A DNA stretch of 64,000 nucleotides from Candidatus Poribacteria bacterium (GCA_963663765.2 CAXXUA010000013.1:512001-576000); one strand, 5' to 3'; positions 39,553-50,814 are shown, counted from the stretch's first letter. A program made the numbers and translations. Notes: generated from the letters alone by a model not told the origin.

Positions 39553-40341
39553 ATGCAAATTTATCTTTCAACCTATCGGCTATTCATCTTTCTTATTGTT
39601 CTCGCTGTAGTTGTCGCATGTGGTACCGATGATGATACATCGGATTCCGTTGTGCAACCCGAACCGATACAATACGGCACAGTATCAGGAATAGTCACTG
39701 ATGTAGTAACCAAGAATCCAATTCCTAACGTAGCAGTGATGTTAGATGACCTTGAAGCAAAAACAGAATCTGATGGTGTGTATACATTTTTAGACATACC
39801 GAGTAATGTGGAACATCAGTTGACTGTTCAGGACCCCGATTATCAGGATTTCAAGCATGAATTTACGCTAAACCAAGTCCGTTTGGTAATCAATGTTCCG
39901 TTGACCCCTATAATAGACAACGAGGAGGAATTGAAAGCGTTCTTTGAGGACTTTTCCGCTCTCATAGAAAGCGTAGACCCAGATAATATTGAATTACTCC
40001 AAGAAAAGTTCTCTGAAACTTATGTAGCAGGGGATGATCCGGCAACTATCGTTGCTATTGTATCAGGAGTTATACCACAGAATTATGAAAGTGTATTACC
40101 AACTGTCACCACCCTTTTTGAAACATATTCATGGATTCAGTTCGTGTTCAAACAATTACAAATGGATATCACGAATGCAAGAAAAGCATCAATTCAAGTT
40201 GTGTTAGATATAGATTCAGAGAATGCTGGAGATGGGGGTTTGAGTCACATTGAAGCCCGGTGCCAATTTGAGTTTCGTCGTGAGGGAACAGATTGGAAAA
40301 TTGTGCATTGGGAAGTGCTGTTTTTAGATGTTCAAATGTAA
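39553..40341 (+). CDS. Lipoprotein with carboxypeptidase-regulatory-like beta domain and NTF2-like C-terminal domain
   Basis: Lipobox VVAC; GTVSGIVTD...PIPNVAV...TESDGVYTF; C-terminal ...FRREGTDWKIV. Confidence 0.6.
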   Translation: MQIYLSTYRLFIFLIVLAVVVACGTDDDTSDSVVQPEPIQYGTVSGIVTDVVTKNPIPNVAVMLDDLEAKTESDGVYTFLDIPSNVEHQLTVQDPDYQDFKHEFTLNQVRLVINVPLTPIIDNEEELKAFFEDFSALIESVDPDNIELLQEKFSETYVAGDDPATIVAIVSGVIPQNYESVLPTVTTLFETYSWIQFVFKQLQMDITNARKASIQVVLDIDSENAGDGGLSHIEARCQFEFRREGTDWKIVHWEVLFLDVQM

Positions 40342-41196
40342 CAGATTAGCCAGTGCGGCAAATTCAGTAATATCTAAAGTTTCTGCCCGTCTTTGTGGTG
40401 CAATGTTTAATTCTGTGAAGACGTTACTGAGTGTATTTGCAGAAGCGAAGCGGCGCAAAGAGTTTTTGAGCATTTTACGCCTTCCGCGAAATGCCTCCCT
40501 AACAATTCTAAAAAAGTAATCTTTATCATCCACGATGACCCTCGGTTCGTCGCGCATCGTTAGTTTCAAAAGTGCTGAATCCACTTTGGGTGCAGGATAA
40601 AAGCTATCTGGTGTCAAGATATCTATCAGTGAAGTATCAGCGTAATAGGAGATACCTATTGTTAGTGCGCCGTAATCCTTTCCACCGGGTGATGCGACAA
40701 TCCGTTCAGCAACCTCCCGTTGCATCATCAACACACAAGTATCAAGTATTTTAGAGTGTTCCAACAGTTTCCACAAGATAGGTGAAGTTATGCCATAGGG
40801 AAGGTTTGCTATGACCTTTGGACGAGAATCTTGTGGAAGAAGTGATAGAAAACCTATTTTAAGTATATCTGCATGTACGATCTGTACCTGATTTTTCGCT
40901 GCAAACTGGTTTTCCAATTCAGCAGCGAGTTTAGGATCTACCTCAATGGCAACGACATGCTTAGCACACTCTGCCAAAGCAGCGGTTAGGCAACCGAGAC
41001 CAGCACCGATTTCAATCACCACGTCGTTACTTGTTATTTCACCCGCTTCAATAATTACAGATAGGATATCAGGGTTAATCAGGAAGTGTTGACCTAATTG
41101 TTTCTTCGGACGTGTGCGGTTTACTCGGAAGAATGCTTGTGCCTGCTGAATAAGTAAATTATGTTCAATGTCTGCATTCTTTTTAATGTTTTTCAT
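40324..41196 (-). CDS. rsmA: 16S rRNA dimethyladenosine transferase
   Basis: KKQLGQHFL, EIGAGLG, ANLPYGI, QREVAERI, PKVDS motifs. Confidence 0.95.
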   Translation of the reverse strand: MKNIKKNADIEHNLLIQQAQAFFRVNRTRPKKQLGQHFLINPDILSVIIEAGEITSNDVVIEIGAGLGCLTAALAECAKHVVAIEVDPKLAAELENQFAAKNQVQIVHADILKIGFLSLLPQDSRPKVIANLPYGITSPILWKLLEHSKILDTCVLMMQREVAERIVASPGGKDYGALTIGISYYADTSLIDILTPDSFYPAPKVDSALLKLTMRDEPRVIVDDKDYFFRIVREAFRGRRKMLKNSLRRFASANTLSNVFTELNIAPQRRAETLDITEFAALANLLHLNI

Positions 41197-41281
41197 TAGC
41201 ACATTATACCCTATATTCAAGTCACTTTAGCTTTGACAGAGCAAACATAAGGAACTTTTGCAACCATCAGAAAAGATGCGA

Positions 41282-42478
41282 CTATTTCATCAATTCTACA
41301 ACACGATCAAAGATTGTATCTGCTACATGCAGTTTGGATAGACGTGGAAGTTGTTCACAATTACCTGCTTTATCCAATAGCGTTACAATGTTTGTATCAG
41401 TAGCAAATCCTGCACCTTCAGCAAGTATGTCATTTGCTACGATAAGATCACAGTTTTTCTTGATGAGTTTCTCTTTTGCGTTTTCGATGACATCGTTTGT
41501 TTCTGCAGCGAAACAGACGAGAAACTGTTGTGATTTTGTCTCTCCAAGTGTCTGTGCAATATCAGGATTTTTTTGTAAGTTTAGGGTTAAGGTATCATTT
41601 TGCTTTTTTATTTTGTGTGGTTTGAATTCTGCGGGACGAAAATCGGTAGGTGCAGCTGCCATGACGACAATATCGGTCTCCTCAAACTTCTGAAGCACTA
41701 CGTTATGCATTTCTTGGGTAGAATCCACATGATAGAATTCAACACCAGACGGTGGGTTGACGGTTGCATGGCCGCTAACTAAAATGACTTCTGCACCTCT
41801 GCGCGCTGCTGCTGATGCAAGTGCATAACCCATTTTTCCTGTTGAGCCGTTTGTGATGAACCTAACGGGGTCAAGGTATTCTCGAGTAGCCCCAGCTGTT
41901 ACGAGTATACGTTTCCCCTGTAGATCGTTGTGGTCATGCAAAATATTTCTTGTACGTTCAAGGATTAACTCCACTGGACTCAATCTGCCTGTTCCTTCAT
42001 AACCACATGCGAGATCTCCGATTGCTGGTTCAATGAATTCTACGTCTTGTTTCCTGAGTACATTGATGTTTCGTTGGACAAAAGGATTCTTATACATGTG
42101 TCCGTTCATTGCAGGTGCAATGAGTATGGGACAATGGACAGAAATAGCGACAGTAGAGAGCGCATCATCTGCAATGCCGTTTGCCATTTTACCCAATATG
42201 TTCGCGGTTGCTGGGACAATTGTGAGGAGGTCGGTACGGTCAGCTAACTCAATATGTGGTGGTTTCCAATTCTCACCGGTTTCAAATAGGTCAAGTAGTA
42301 CGGGATTCCGTGAAATGACTTGAAATTGTAACGGGTTTATCAAGCGGGTGGCATTCTGCGTCATGATTACATGAACTGACGCACCCCATTTGACCAATTG
42401 ACTTGCATAATCAAGCGATCTATGGATAGCAATTCCGCCAGTAACACCTAAAAGGATGGTTCGGTTGCTTAGTTCCAT
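41282..42478 (-). CDS. coaBC: Phosphopantothenoylcysteine decarboxylase/ligase
   Basis: GVTGGIA, PATAN, PAMN, LACG, TAGATRE.LDPVRFI, FAAET motifs. Confidence 0.96.
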   Translation of the reverse strand: MELSNRTILLGVTGGIAIHRSLDYASQLVKWGASVHVIMTQNATRLINPLQFQVISRNPVLLDLFETGENWKPPHIELADRTDLLTIVPATANILGKMANGIADDALSTVAISVHCPILIAPAMNGHMYKNPFVQRNINVLRKQDVEFIEPAIGDLACGYEGTGRLSPVELILERTRNILHDHNDLQGKRILVTAGATREYLDPVRFITNGSTGKMGYALASAAARRGAEVILVSGHATVNPPSGVEFYHVDSTQEMHNVVLQKFEETDIVVMAAAPTDFRPAEFKPHKIKKQNDTLTLNLQKNPDIAQTLGETKSQQFLVCFAAETNDVIENAKEKLIKKNCDLIVANDILAEGAGFATDTNIVTLLDKAGNCEQLPRLSKLHVADTIFDRVVELMK

Positions 42479-42503
42479 AAGGAATCAGGATTACAATTCC
42501 TGC

Positions 42504-43127
42504 CTATTTGTGCGTGGTAAAGGACTGAACCAAATCTGATGCCTTTTCAGGATTGATACGACAACGTTCAGCAGATATTATTGTCTGTATTTGTTGTACC
42601 GCTTGTTGTACTTTATCTTCGGGATTGAAAACGTGGTAGTCGTAATGCTTTATATGATTCAACTCGGTTTTTGCGATTTCCAATCTCTTTCTAAGGTCCT
42701 CTTCTGATTCGGTTTTCCTTCCCCGCAGTCTTTTCTCTAAAATAGCATAAGATGGTGGAATAAGAAAAATCAGGATAGTTCTTGCTGTACTCAGGTTCTG
42801 TTTTCGTACTTGTAATGCACCGTTTACCTCAATTTCTAAAATAGTATCTTTCTTCTCTTGGTGTGAGACCTCAATTTCAGATTTGAGAGTTCCGTAGCGG
42901 TTTTTACGGTATTCTGCCCATTCCAAGAAGGCATTCTGTTCTATCTTTTTTTCAAATTCTGCTTTTGATAAGAAATGATAATTGACTCCATCTATTTCAC
43001 CGTGGCGTGCTGTGCGTGTTGTTGCGGATACTGAGAGTCGTAATGTCCCATCTGCTTTACACAATGCCTTAGCGACAGTACTCTTACCACATCCGGACGG
43101 TCCAGAAATAACAATTACTAAATCCAT
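42504..43127 (-). CDS. gmk: Guanylate kinase
   Basis: GPSGCGKST, SATTR..R.GE.DG..YHF, YGT motifs. Confidence 0.96.
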   Translation of the reverse strand: MDLVIVISGPSGCGKSTVAKALCKADGTLRLSVSATTRTARHGEIDGVNYHFLSKAEFEKKIEQNAFLEWAEYRKNRYGTLKSEIEVSHQEKKDTILEIEVNGALQVRKQNLSTARTILIFLIPPSYAILEKRLRGRKTESEEDLRKRLEIAKTELNHIKHYDYHVFNPEDKVQQAVQQIQTIISAERCRINPEKASDLVQSFTTHK

Positions 43128-43132
43128 GAAGA

Positions 43133-43960
43133 CTAAGGTTTACTCCTTGCACAACGAAACCCAAAATAGTTATCTTTAGTATCTGGTTTTCTATGATTGC
43201 GAAGATAGACTCTCAAGCCATATTCAGGATGAGAACCCCAACATCCTCCGCGTATTACACGAAGCGTTGTTACATCTTTAAAATCATTTAATAGATCTGA
43301 TATACTTTTTACACCTGCAATTGGATTTCGTTCTGGTGATTTTTTATTGAAATCTTGTTGATACTCATCAAGACACCATTCTGATGCGTTTCCTACTATA
43401 TCGTAAAGTCCAAATTTGTTCGGTGGATAACTACCAACTGGAGCGGTATATTCATGTCCATCGTCCCGATCATCCACTGCCCAAGCTAATTCTGAGTTCT
43501 TATCCGCAAAATTACAGTGTGTGCTAATAACTTTGTCGTTACCCCATGGGAATGTTTTGTCAACAAGTCCACCGCGTGCAGCTTTTTCCCATTCCGCTTC
43601 TGTTGGAAGACGTTTTCCTACCCATTGGGCATAAGCCATAGCATCATGCCAACTCACACCTACAACAGGGTGTTGATCAGTAGGAGAAAAACGTGAAACC
43701 CAGTCAGGTAAAGGTTCTCTTCCTGTTGCTTTAACAAATTTCTTGTACTGTGCCATCGTGACTTCATACTTATCCATATAGAACGCATCAAGATAAACTT
43801 TATGCACAGGTTTAGTGTCGGAATCACCATCCTTACTTCCCATCTGGAATTCTCCCGCTGGAATCAGCACCATATCATCGGATGAATCTTTAGAACAACC
43901 AGGGAGAAAAATAATAATACCAATAACGACAATGAGTGTTACGGTAGTGATTATTTTCAT
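43133..43960 (-). CDS. Formylglycine-generating-enzyme (SUMF1) family lipoprotein
   Basis: IPAGEFQMGS, RLPTEAEWEKAARGG, PN.FGLYD..GN..EW, RGG.W, GFRC motifs. Confidence 0.9.
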   Translation of the reverse strand: MKIITTVTLIVVIGIIIFLPGCSKDSSDDMVLIPAGEFQMGSKDGDSDTKPVHKVYLDAFYMDKYEVTMAQYKKFVKATGREPLPDWVSRFSPTDQHPVVGVSWHDAMAYAQWVGKRLPTEAEWEKAARGGLVDKTFPWGNDKVISTHCNFADKNSELAWAVDDRDDGHEYTAPVGSYPPNKFGLYDIVGNASEWCLDEYQQDFNKKSPERNPIAGVKSISDLLNDFKDVTTLRVIRGGCWGSHPEYGLRVYLRNHRKPDTKDNYFGFRCARSKP

Positions 43961-44036
43961 ATTGGATACCTACCTAAAAACGACTTATTCATTGCTTTTT
44001 CTTGCAGTGTGAAAACGTCTATGGATTGAATAAGAA

Positions 44037-44495
44037 CTAATCTGCTGCCTCAGCGAGTTCTAATAGGACAGGGGATTCAACACGGATAGCATCTTTGATG
44101 CAAACCTCTTCGCATAACTTGCAACCAACGCAATCCTTGGGTTTGACTAATTCACAGATTCCAAAGAAACTTTCTGCATGCTCCCCGGTTTCTGGGTCTT
44201 TGAGTTCAAGACATTCCCAAGGGCAAATGTGAACGCAGAAATCGCACCCAGAGCAGAGCTCATCGTAAATAACCGCTATAGGTCTATGTGTCGGACGACG
44301 AATAAATTTGCACACATTCCCGAATTGGTCACGTATAGCTTCTACCGGACAGACCATACCACATGCAGTGCAGTCAATACATATTGTTGGGTCAATGATG
44401 TGCAGCATATTTCGGTCACCGGTAATTGCGTCAACCGGACAGTTTGTCAAACATGCCATGCAACCGATACATTCGTCAGTTATAAAATACGCCAT
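44037..44495 (-). CDS. Polyferredoxin with four 4Fe-4S motifs
   Basis: Four CxxCxxCxxxC motifs; ATG at 44495 after GGAGG. Confidence 0.88.
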   Translation of the reverse strand: MAYFITDECIGCMACLTNCPVDAITGDRNMLHIIDPTICIDCTACGMVCPVEAIRDQFGNVCKFIRRPTHRPIAVIYDELCSGCDFCVHICPWECLELKDPETGEHAESFFGICELVKPKDCVGCKLCEEVCIKDAIRVESPVLLELAEAAD

Positions 44496-44578
44496 TGAAA
44501 CTGTACCTCCTATTCTAATTTTAACACAATGTGTGGTAAATGTCAATTGATATGTTTACAATACCTTCGCCAATAATA

Positions 44579-44938
44579 CAGGATTATTTAGTTTTAAGAG
44601 TTTTCTGTTATTGAGATTTACTGAAAGTTAATACCCAGGTTCGATTTCCTAACCGAACTTTCTGCATCAGTTTTAGATTATTGAAACCTGAACATTGGTC
44701 TTTAGTCCCGTAGGGACGATATGTTTATAGAAAACGAGTGCCCTTCCCAGTTCTTTAGTCCCGTAGGGACGATATGTTTATTCTTCTATGCCGTTCCTAC
44801 GGAACTCAAGAGGAGTAGATAACATTTTTCTATAAGCATATCGTCCCTACGGGACTAAAGACATGGACAAGATGGCAACACATAAAATTAACGTTATAGC
44901 AAATAATCATCAAAAAAACCTAAAACTAAATAACCCTG
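44579..44938. mobile_element. MITE family B, copy 2 (abutting a 20-bp family A end at 44559-44578)
   Basis: Ends CAGGATTATTTAGTTTT / AAAACTAAATAACCCTG; interior closely matches 16849-17204. Confidence 0.78.
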
Positions 44939-45268
44939 TTATTCAGGGGTGTGTGAAGTTTTTGCATGGTGTTATCTGAATTGTTGGGTTTGTCAGAATC
45001 ACGGGACACGTGGTTGATACGGATGACGCGGATGATGTTCCCGCAATATATCGTATAGCAGAAGACAAGTGATTTCTAATCAAGATGATTCGTGGCAGTG
45101 GTTTTATCCGCGAAATCAGATGAATGCCTAAATAGCATTCATGCCGTTGATTTAGTTACTACAATGCGGTGGGTGTTTCAGCACAAAGAATTGAGGTTGA
45201 CGAGAAGAGTAACATCATGTAAAATCTGTACAGTATCACCACCTATTTCGTAAAAGGAACAAACACAC

Positions 45269-47131
45269 ATGAAACATTTATTATTTTCCCTCTTGATTAC
45301 CCTTGCGATAGCTTTAACAAACGTATATACAACGTTTGCACAAGACTACAGAACAATGAGTTTGCCCAAATGTGTGAAAGACCGTCTCGGAAAAGGCACA
45401 GTCAATCAGATAAATTATTCACCTGAGGGCACCAAACTGGCTGTGGCAAGTAACATCGGTATTTGGATTTATGATGTACAGACAGGGGAAGAACTCGATC
45501 TCTACACGGGACATAAGAGTGAAGTCTACAGCGTTGTGTTCAGTCCGGATGGGAAAACACTTGCAAGTGGAAATCGGGACGGAACCGCCGGCTTGTGGGA
45601 CGCGAACACGGGTGCCCTTATTAAAACACTTGCGAGAAAAAGAGGTCCGGTTTTCAGGGTCGCATTCAGTCCAGATGGACAAACAATTGCATGTGCAAGT
45701 GGGAGTAGCACAATCCGCTTGTGGAATCCCAACACGGACGAAGACACACAGTGGCTATCCGGGGGACATACGGCATTTATCTTGAGCGTTGAGTTCAGTC
45801 CGGACGGGAAAAGACTTGCGATTGTGTTTGAGGACGACACGGTTCGGTTGATGGCAAACACAGGCGAACTTATAAAAACAATCACAGGACATACGAGTGG
45901 CGTAAACTGCGTTGCATTCAGTCCGGATAGCACGACACTCACAACTGTAACTCAATACAAAGGGATTCACTTTTGGAACACTCTAACGGGTGAACACCTA
46001 AAGACAATCACCGGACATACGAGTCGGGTCTGTAGTATCGCATTCAGTACAGATGGAAAAACGATCATAAGTGGCAATAGTGACGAAAATATCTACTTTT
46101 GGAACGCCCAAACGGGTGCGCATCTAAAGACAATCACTGGACATAAGGGTTGGGTCGGTAGCATTGTGTTTTCTCCAGATGGAAAAACGATCACAAGTGC
46201 GGGTAGTTACGGTCCGATCAGTTTTTGGAATACAAAAACGGGTGAACATCTAAAGACAATCACCGGACATACGAGTCCGGTCTATAGTATCGCATTCAGT
46301 CCAGATGGAAAAACGATCGTAAGTGGCAATAGTGACGAAAACATCCACTTTTGGAACGTCCAAAAGGGTGCACATCTAAAGACACTTGAAGGACATACGG
46401 ATTGGCGGGTATCAAGTGTTGTGTTCAGTCCGGATGGCAAAACAGTCGCTAGTGGAGGTTTGGACAAGACCGCCCTTTTATGGAACACAAACACGGGGAC
46501 ACTTACGCATACACTATCGGGACATACGAGTTTTGTTTTTACCGTAGCGTTCAGTTTCGATGGGAACACCCTCGTCAGTGGATGTTCGGACGGTACGATT
46601 CGGTTGTGGAACGTTGACACGGGAGAACAGATACGACAGCTTACAGGACATACGGAATCGGTAAACAGCGTTGCATTCAGTCCAAATGAAGATACGGTTG
46701 TAAGTGGAAGTTCGGATAAAACCATCCGCTTGTGGAACGCAAACACGGGTGCGCTTATCAACACCCTCTTTGGGCACATAGATCCGGTCACTTGCGTTGC
46801 TTTCAGTCCAGATGGGAACATGCTCGCGAGTGGGAGTGGGAGAAGGAATTATTTCATCCACTTGTGGGATCCGTTCACAGGAGCACATATAAAAACACTA
46901 TCGGGACATACGAGTCCGGTTAGAAGCATTACGTTTTCTCCGGATAGCAAAACAATCGCCAGTGGGGCTGAGGACAATACTGTCCGTTTGTGGAATGCAA
47001 ATACAGGTGCGCATTTTCACACACTATCGGGACATACGGGTGCTGTCTATGGTGTTGCGTTCAGTCCGGATGGTAAGACAATTGCGAGTGGAAGTGGGGA
47101 TGGCATCGTGTTGCTGTGGGAAACCCCATAG
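45269..47131 (+). CDS. Secreted WD40-repeat protein (about 14 repeats)
   Basis: Signal peptide followed by 42-aa GH...V.S..FSPDG..(L/I)ASG..D.T..LW repeats. Confidence 0.93.
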   Translation: MKHLLFSLLITLAIALTNVYTTFAQDYRTMSLPKCVKDRLGKGTVNQINYSPEGTKLAVASNIGIWIYDVQTGEELDLYTGHKSEVYSVVFSPDGKTLASGNRDGTAGLWDANTGALIKTLARKRGPVFRVAFSPDGQTIACASGSSTIRLWNPNTDEDTQWLSGGHTAFILSVEFSPDGKRLAIVFEDDTVRLMANTGELIKTITGHTSGVNCVAFSPDSTTLTTVTQYKGIHFWNTLTGEHLKTITGHTSRVCSIAFSTDGKTIISGNSDENIYFWNAQTGAHLKTITGHKGWVGSIVFSPDGKTITSAGSYGPISFWNTKTGEHLKTITGHTSPVYSIAFSPDGKTIVSGNSDENIHFWNVQKGAHLKTLEGHTDWRVSSVVFSPDGKTVASGGLDKTALLWNTNTGTLTHTLSGHTSFVFTVAFSFDGNTLVSGCSDGTIRLWNVDTGEQIRQLTGHTESVNSVAFSPNEDTVVSGSSDKTIRLWNANTGALINTLFGHIDPVTCVAFSPDGNMLASGSGRRNYFIHLWDPFTGAHIKTLSGHTSPVRSITFSPDSKTIASGAEDNTVRLWNANTGAHFHTLSGHTGAVYGVAFSPDGKTIASGSGDGIVLLWETP

Positions 47132-47170
47132 CTGTCAATTTTTAGTATAATCTATAATTACTTGGACACG

Positions 47171-47204
47171 ACGGTAGGTTCGGTTAGGAAACCAAACCTA
47201 CCGT
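47171..47204. repeat. GTAG-type REP palindrome
   Basis: ACGGTAGGTT...AACCTACCGT, immediately after the WD40 gene. Confidence 0.6.
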
Positions 47205-47410
47205 TGGAAAAAGATAAATTCCGTTAAGTTGGTATTAGACATCTATACTTAATCGTAATCCATAGATAACGCTTATCCTAAGCAGTACGAACTCAAAATA
47301 ATGTCTTATCCGCGAAATCTGCGAAATCCGTGTTATCCGAGATTCCGTACACACCCCGTGATTCAGACAAACTCCATTACAAACTTTACATACACAACAT
47401 AATATTCCAA

Positions 47411-47439
47411 TTGACATTCACATGTATATTTGTTAGAAT
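47411..47439 (+). promoter_or_regulatory. Sigma70 promoter of the TPR gene
   Basis: TTGACA-17 nt-TAGAAT with TG extension. Confidence 0.65.
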
Positions 47440-47466
47440 ATACCCAAAACTCATTAGGAAGAGATT

Positions 47467-47784
47467 ATGCCAACACAAGAAGAACTTTACGATGTTGCAC
47501 TCACACATTTCGCAGATAATGATCTTGAGGCTGCTGTTAACGCCTTTAAGGAACTGATTGAAACATACCCGAATTATATTGAGGGGTATCTTGGACTTGG
47601 TCATGCGTATGAAAGGTTAAGCCAATACGATGAAGCAATTGAAGCAGTTGAAATAGCAATTGAAATCAATCCAGACGATCCTCTTGTTTATACCAGTTTG
47701 TCTATGTGCTACCAGCGGAAAGGGATGATTCAGGAAGCGGAAGATGCGATGGCGAAATCGCAAGAACTTCAATTGAAAAAATAA
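47467..47784 (+). CDS. Tetratricopeptide repeat protein
   Basis: TPR consensus (LGLGHAY...YDEAI...AIEINPDD). Confidence 0.85.
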   Translation: MPTQEELYDVALTHFADNDLEAAVNAFKELIETYPNYIEGYLGLGHAYERLSQYDEAIEAVEIAIEINPDDPLVYTSLSMCYQRKGMIQEAEDAMAKSQELQLKK

Positions 47785-47878
47785 CATCTTCCGTATAATA
47801 ACGCAAGTTGCTACCTATAAGGTTTAGACGAATAAACACCGTTTTTTATAGAGTATAATACACTTTTCGGTAGTATTT

Positions 47879-47935
47879 GTAGCACAAACTTTTAGTTTGT
47901 GCATCTTTATGACGCAAACTAAAAGTTTGCGCTAC
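47879..47935. repeat. Inverted GTAG REP doublet (REPIN-like)
   Basis: GTAGCACAAACTTTTAGTTTGTGC ... GCAAACTAAAAGTTTGCGCTAC. Confidence 0.65.
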
Positions 47936-48069
47936 AAAATATATGCTATTTATCAGCACTTTTTTGATAATAGATGGTGTTTCTAGGTCTAATTATTGTA
48001 GGTAGCAACATGGGTTATAATAGTAATTTCAATTGCTACCTTCCACATTGTTATGTTTGTTGTGAACAT

Positions 48070-50652
48070 TTATTTCATGCTGAAAGCGAACTCTCCATCA
48101 GTGAAATCTACAGCAATTGCATCACCATCTTGAAATTTGCCTTCAAGTATGTCAATAGCCATCGGGTTGAGTATGTCACGCTGAAGTATGCGGCGAAGGG
48201 GTCTTGCACCATACACCACATCAAACCCACGGTTGACCAATTCAGTCTTTGCTGAGTCGTTAAGAGTGAGGGTCATATCTTTTTCAGCAAATCGTGCACT
48301 TAACTTGATGAGTTCAAGCGTTACAATCTGTTTCAATTCCTCAATTCCGAGACGATCAAAGATGATGAGATCATCAACACGGTTCAGGAATTCTGGGGGA
48401 AAATGTGATTGCAAAGCGTCCATCACTTTTCTCCGTATTTCATCGCTTGCGAGATGCGATTCACTAATCCACTGACTACCGATGTTTGATGTCATGATAA
48501 CGACCGTATTCTTGAAGTCCACCGTACGTCCTTGTCCATCTGTCATTCTGCCATCATCAAGCATTTGGAGTAAGACATTGAACACCTCTGGGTGTGCCTT
48601 TTCAACTTCATCAAGTAGAATAACGCAGTAGGGATGTCGTCTGACAGCCTCTGTTAGCTGCCCACCTTCGTCGTAACCAACATAGCCTGGTGGTGCACCG
48701 ATTAGTCGTGAGACGGTATGTTTCTCCATGTATTCGCTCATGTCAATTCGAACCATAGCGTTGACATCGTCGAACAGGAATTCGGCGAGGGATTTTGCAA
48801 GGTGTGTTTTGCCGACACCCGTTGGTCCCATAAACAGGAACGAACCGAGCGGTTGTTCAGGATCACCGAGTCCTACGCGTGAACGTCTAATGGCGTTGGA
48901 TACAGCCGAAACCGCTTCGTCTTGTCCGATGACCTGTTCACGCAAACGTTCTTCCATGTGAAGCAACTTTTGTGTTTCACCTTCCAGAAGTCTATAAACA
49001 GGAATACCTGTCCATTTCGCGACGATCTCAGCAATATCTTCTGCACTCACGTGTTCTTTTAACATTTGTGTACCGTTAGTTTCTGCTTCAACCGTATCTC
49101 GTAAGGTTTTGAGTTCAATCTCAAGTGCTGGGATTTTCCCATATTCAAGTTCGGAAGCTTTTGCCAGATTGCCAGTTCGTTTTGCTTGTTCGGATTCAAA
49201 ACGTAGTGTTTCAATCTGTTCCATTAGTTCTCGAATTTGGTCCAGATTTGCTTTCTCAATTTGCCAACCTGCTTTGAGTGCGTTTGCTTTCTCTTTGAGT
49301 TCAGCGAGTTCAAGATTTAGTTTTGTTAACCGTTGTTTTGACGCGTCGTCTTCTTCTTTCTCTAAAGCTTGCTGTTCAATTTGCAGTTGTATGATTCTGC
49401 GTTCTACTTCATCAATGACCTCTGGCACGCTGTCAATTTCGATCCGCAGCCTTGAAGCAGCTTCGTCAACTAAATCAACCGCTTTATCAGGCAGAAAACG
49501 ATCAGAGATATACCGTTTAGAGAGTGTGGCAGCAGCGACAATAGCGTTGTCCTGTATATGAACACCGTGATGTGTCTCATACCGTTCCTTTAATCCACGC
49601 AGAATGGCGATTGTCCCTTCAACAGAGGGTTCTTGTACAAGAACGGGTTGGAATCTGCGTTCAAGTGCAGCGTCTTTTTCAATGTGTTTGCGGTATTCAT
49701 CAATTGTTGTCGCACCGATGCATCGTAGTTCACCGCGTGCTAATGCAGGTTTCAACATATTAGATGCGTCCACTGCACCTTCGGCAGCACCTGCCCCCAC
49801 AATGGTATGGAGTTCGTCAATAAAGAGTACCACTTGCCCTTCCGCTTGTTCCACATCAGCGAGAACTGCTTTCAGTCTATCTTCAAATTCACCCCGATAT
49901 TTGCTTCCTGCAATGAGCGCGCCTAAGTCCAGCGCGATTAGTCGTTTTTCACGTAAACTTTCAGGTACGTCCCCATCCGCGATACGTTGTGCTAACCCTT
50001 CTACAATTGCGGTTTTGCCTACACCGGGTTCTCCGATAAGTACTGGGTTGTTTTTTCGTCTACGAGATAGTACTTGCATCACACGTCGAATTTCATCATC
50101 TCTACCGATAACAGGATCAAGTTTGCCGGACATCGCTTCTTGTGTAAGTTCGCGACCGAAGCGGGTAAGTGCTTGGTATTTGTCTTCAGGATTTTGATCT
50201 GTAATTCTTTGATTCCCGCGAATGTCTACAAGTGCTTTGAGGATTTTATCTTTTGTCACGCCAGCATCGCGCAGTATCTTGCCAACTTTGTCCTGCTTGG
50301 ACTCAGCAAATGCTATGAGAAGATGTTCTGTACTAACATATTCATCTTTGAGCGCGGTTGCTTCTTTGAGAGCAATTTCAAGAACGGATTGCAGTGCTAT
50401 TGAAATGCGTACATCCGAACTTGAACCTTGTACTTTAGGGGAACTCTGTAGTAAATCTTCAAGGGTAGCTATGATACCTTGAGTATCAGCCCCTAACTTT
50501 TGAAAAATAGGTGTGACAATCCCATCTGTCTGATTTATGAGGGTCAGCATGAGATGTTCAGTACTTAGTTCTGGATTCTGTTCTTCGCTTGCTAAAGACT
50601 GTGCTGTATGTAATGCTTCTTGTGCTTTTATTGTAAATTTATCTAATCTCAT
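48070..50652 (-). CDS. clpB: ATP-dependent chaperone ClpB
   Basis: Two AAA+ modules ([16 protein letters not shown]), long coiled-coil M domain, 860 aa. Confidence 0.97.
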   Translation of the reverse strand: MRLDKFTIKAQEALHTAQSLASEEQNPELSTEHLMLTLINQTDGIVTPIFQKLGADTQGIIATLEDLLQSSPKVQGSSSDVRISIALQSVLEIALKEATALKDEYVSTEHLLIAFAESKQDKVGKILRDAGVTKDKILKALVDIRGNQRITDQNPEDKYQALTRFGRELTQEAMSGKLDPVIGRDDEIRRVMQVLSRRRKNNPVLIGEPGVGKTAIVEGLAQRIADGDVPESLREKRLIALDLGALIAGSKYRGEFEDRLKAVLADVEQAEGQVVLFIDELHTIVGAGAAEGAVDASNMLKPALARGELRCIGATTIDEYRKHIEKDAALERRFQPVLVQEPSVEGTIAILRGLKERYETHHGVHIQDNAIVAAATLSKRYISDRFLPDKAVDLVDEAASRLRIEIDSVPEVIDEVERRIIQLQIEQQALEKEEDDASKQRLTKLNLELAELKEKANALKAGWQIEKANLDQIRELMEQIETLRFESEQAKRTGNLAKASELEYGKIPALEIELKTLRDTVEAETNGTQMLKEHVSAEDIAEIVAKWTGIPVYRLLEGETQKLLHMEERLREQVIGQDEAVSAVSNAIRRSRVGLGDPEQPLGSFLFMGPTGVGKTHLAKSLAEFLFDDVNAMVRIDMSEYMEKHTVSRLIGAPPGYVGYDEGGQLTEAVRRHPYCVILLDEVEKAHPEVFNVLLQMLDDGRMTDGQGRTVDFKNTVVIMTSNIGSQWISESHLASDEIRRKVMDALQSHFPPEFLNRVDDLIIFDRLGIEELKQIVTLELIKLSARFAEKDMTLTLNDSAKTELVNRGFDVVYGARPLRRILQRDILNPMAIDILEGKFQDGDAIAVDFTDGEFAFSMK

Positions 50653-50689
50653 TTTATGTTCTCCTTGGTAGACTATTTTATTGACTTAA

Positions 50690-50706
50690 AGCAAAAACAG
50701 TGCCAA
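50690..50706 (-). promoter_or_regulatory. Sigma54 (-24/-12) promoter of clpB
   Basis: Minus strand TTGGCAC-TGTTT-TTGCT, an exact TGGCAC-N5-TTGCW consensus, ending 38 nt before the start codon. Confidence 0.72.
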
Positions 50707-50814
50707 TGTATAATATGGAGAATGCGAGTTTTATTGGAATGTTCCTAAAGAAACTATGTCAGAATATTACGTTAAAACACCAATTTTGACACGATCTGCG
50801 CCATTTTGGCAAAA

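Noticed and set aside
41282-43127. Missing rpoZ between gmk and coaBC, missing apt between recJ and rel, and solitary gatB, potA and BMP genes
   Set aside because: Real observations, but operon fragmentation is pervasive in this window and is not evidence of a new system.
43133-43260. FGE-sulfatase C-terminus as a diversity-generating retroelement variable region
   Set aside because: No template repeat differing at adenines and no reverse transcriptase seen in the window.
48188-50482. Long antisense ORFs over clpB, and similar ones over the WD40, leuA, fdh and LamG genes
   Set aside because: Shadow frames of well-conserved genes, with no RBS or domain evidence.
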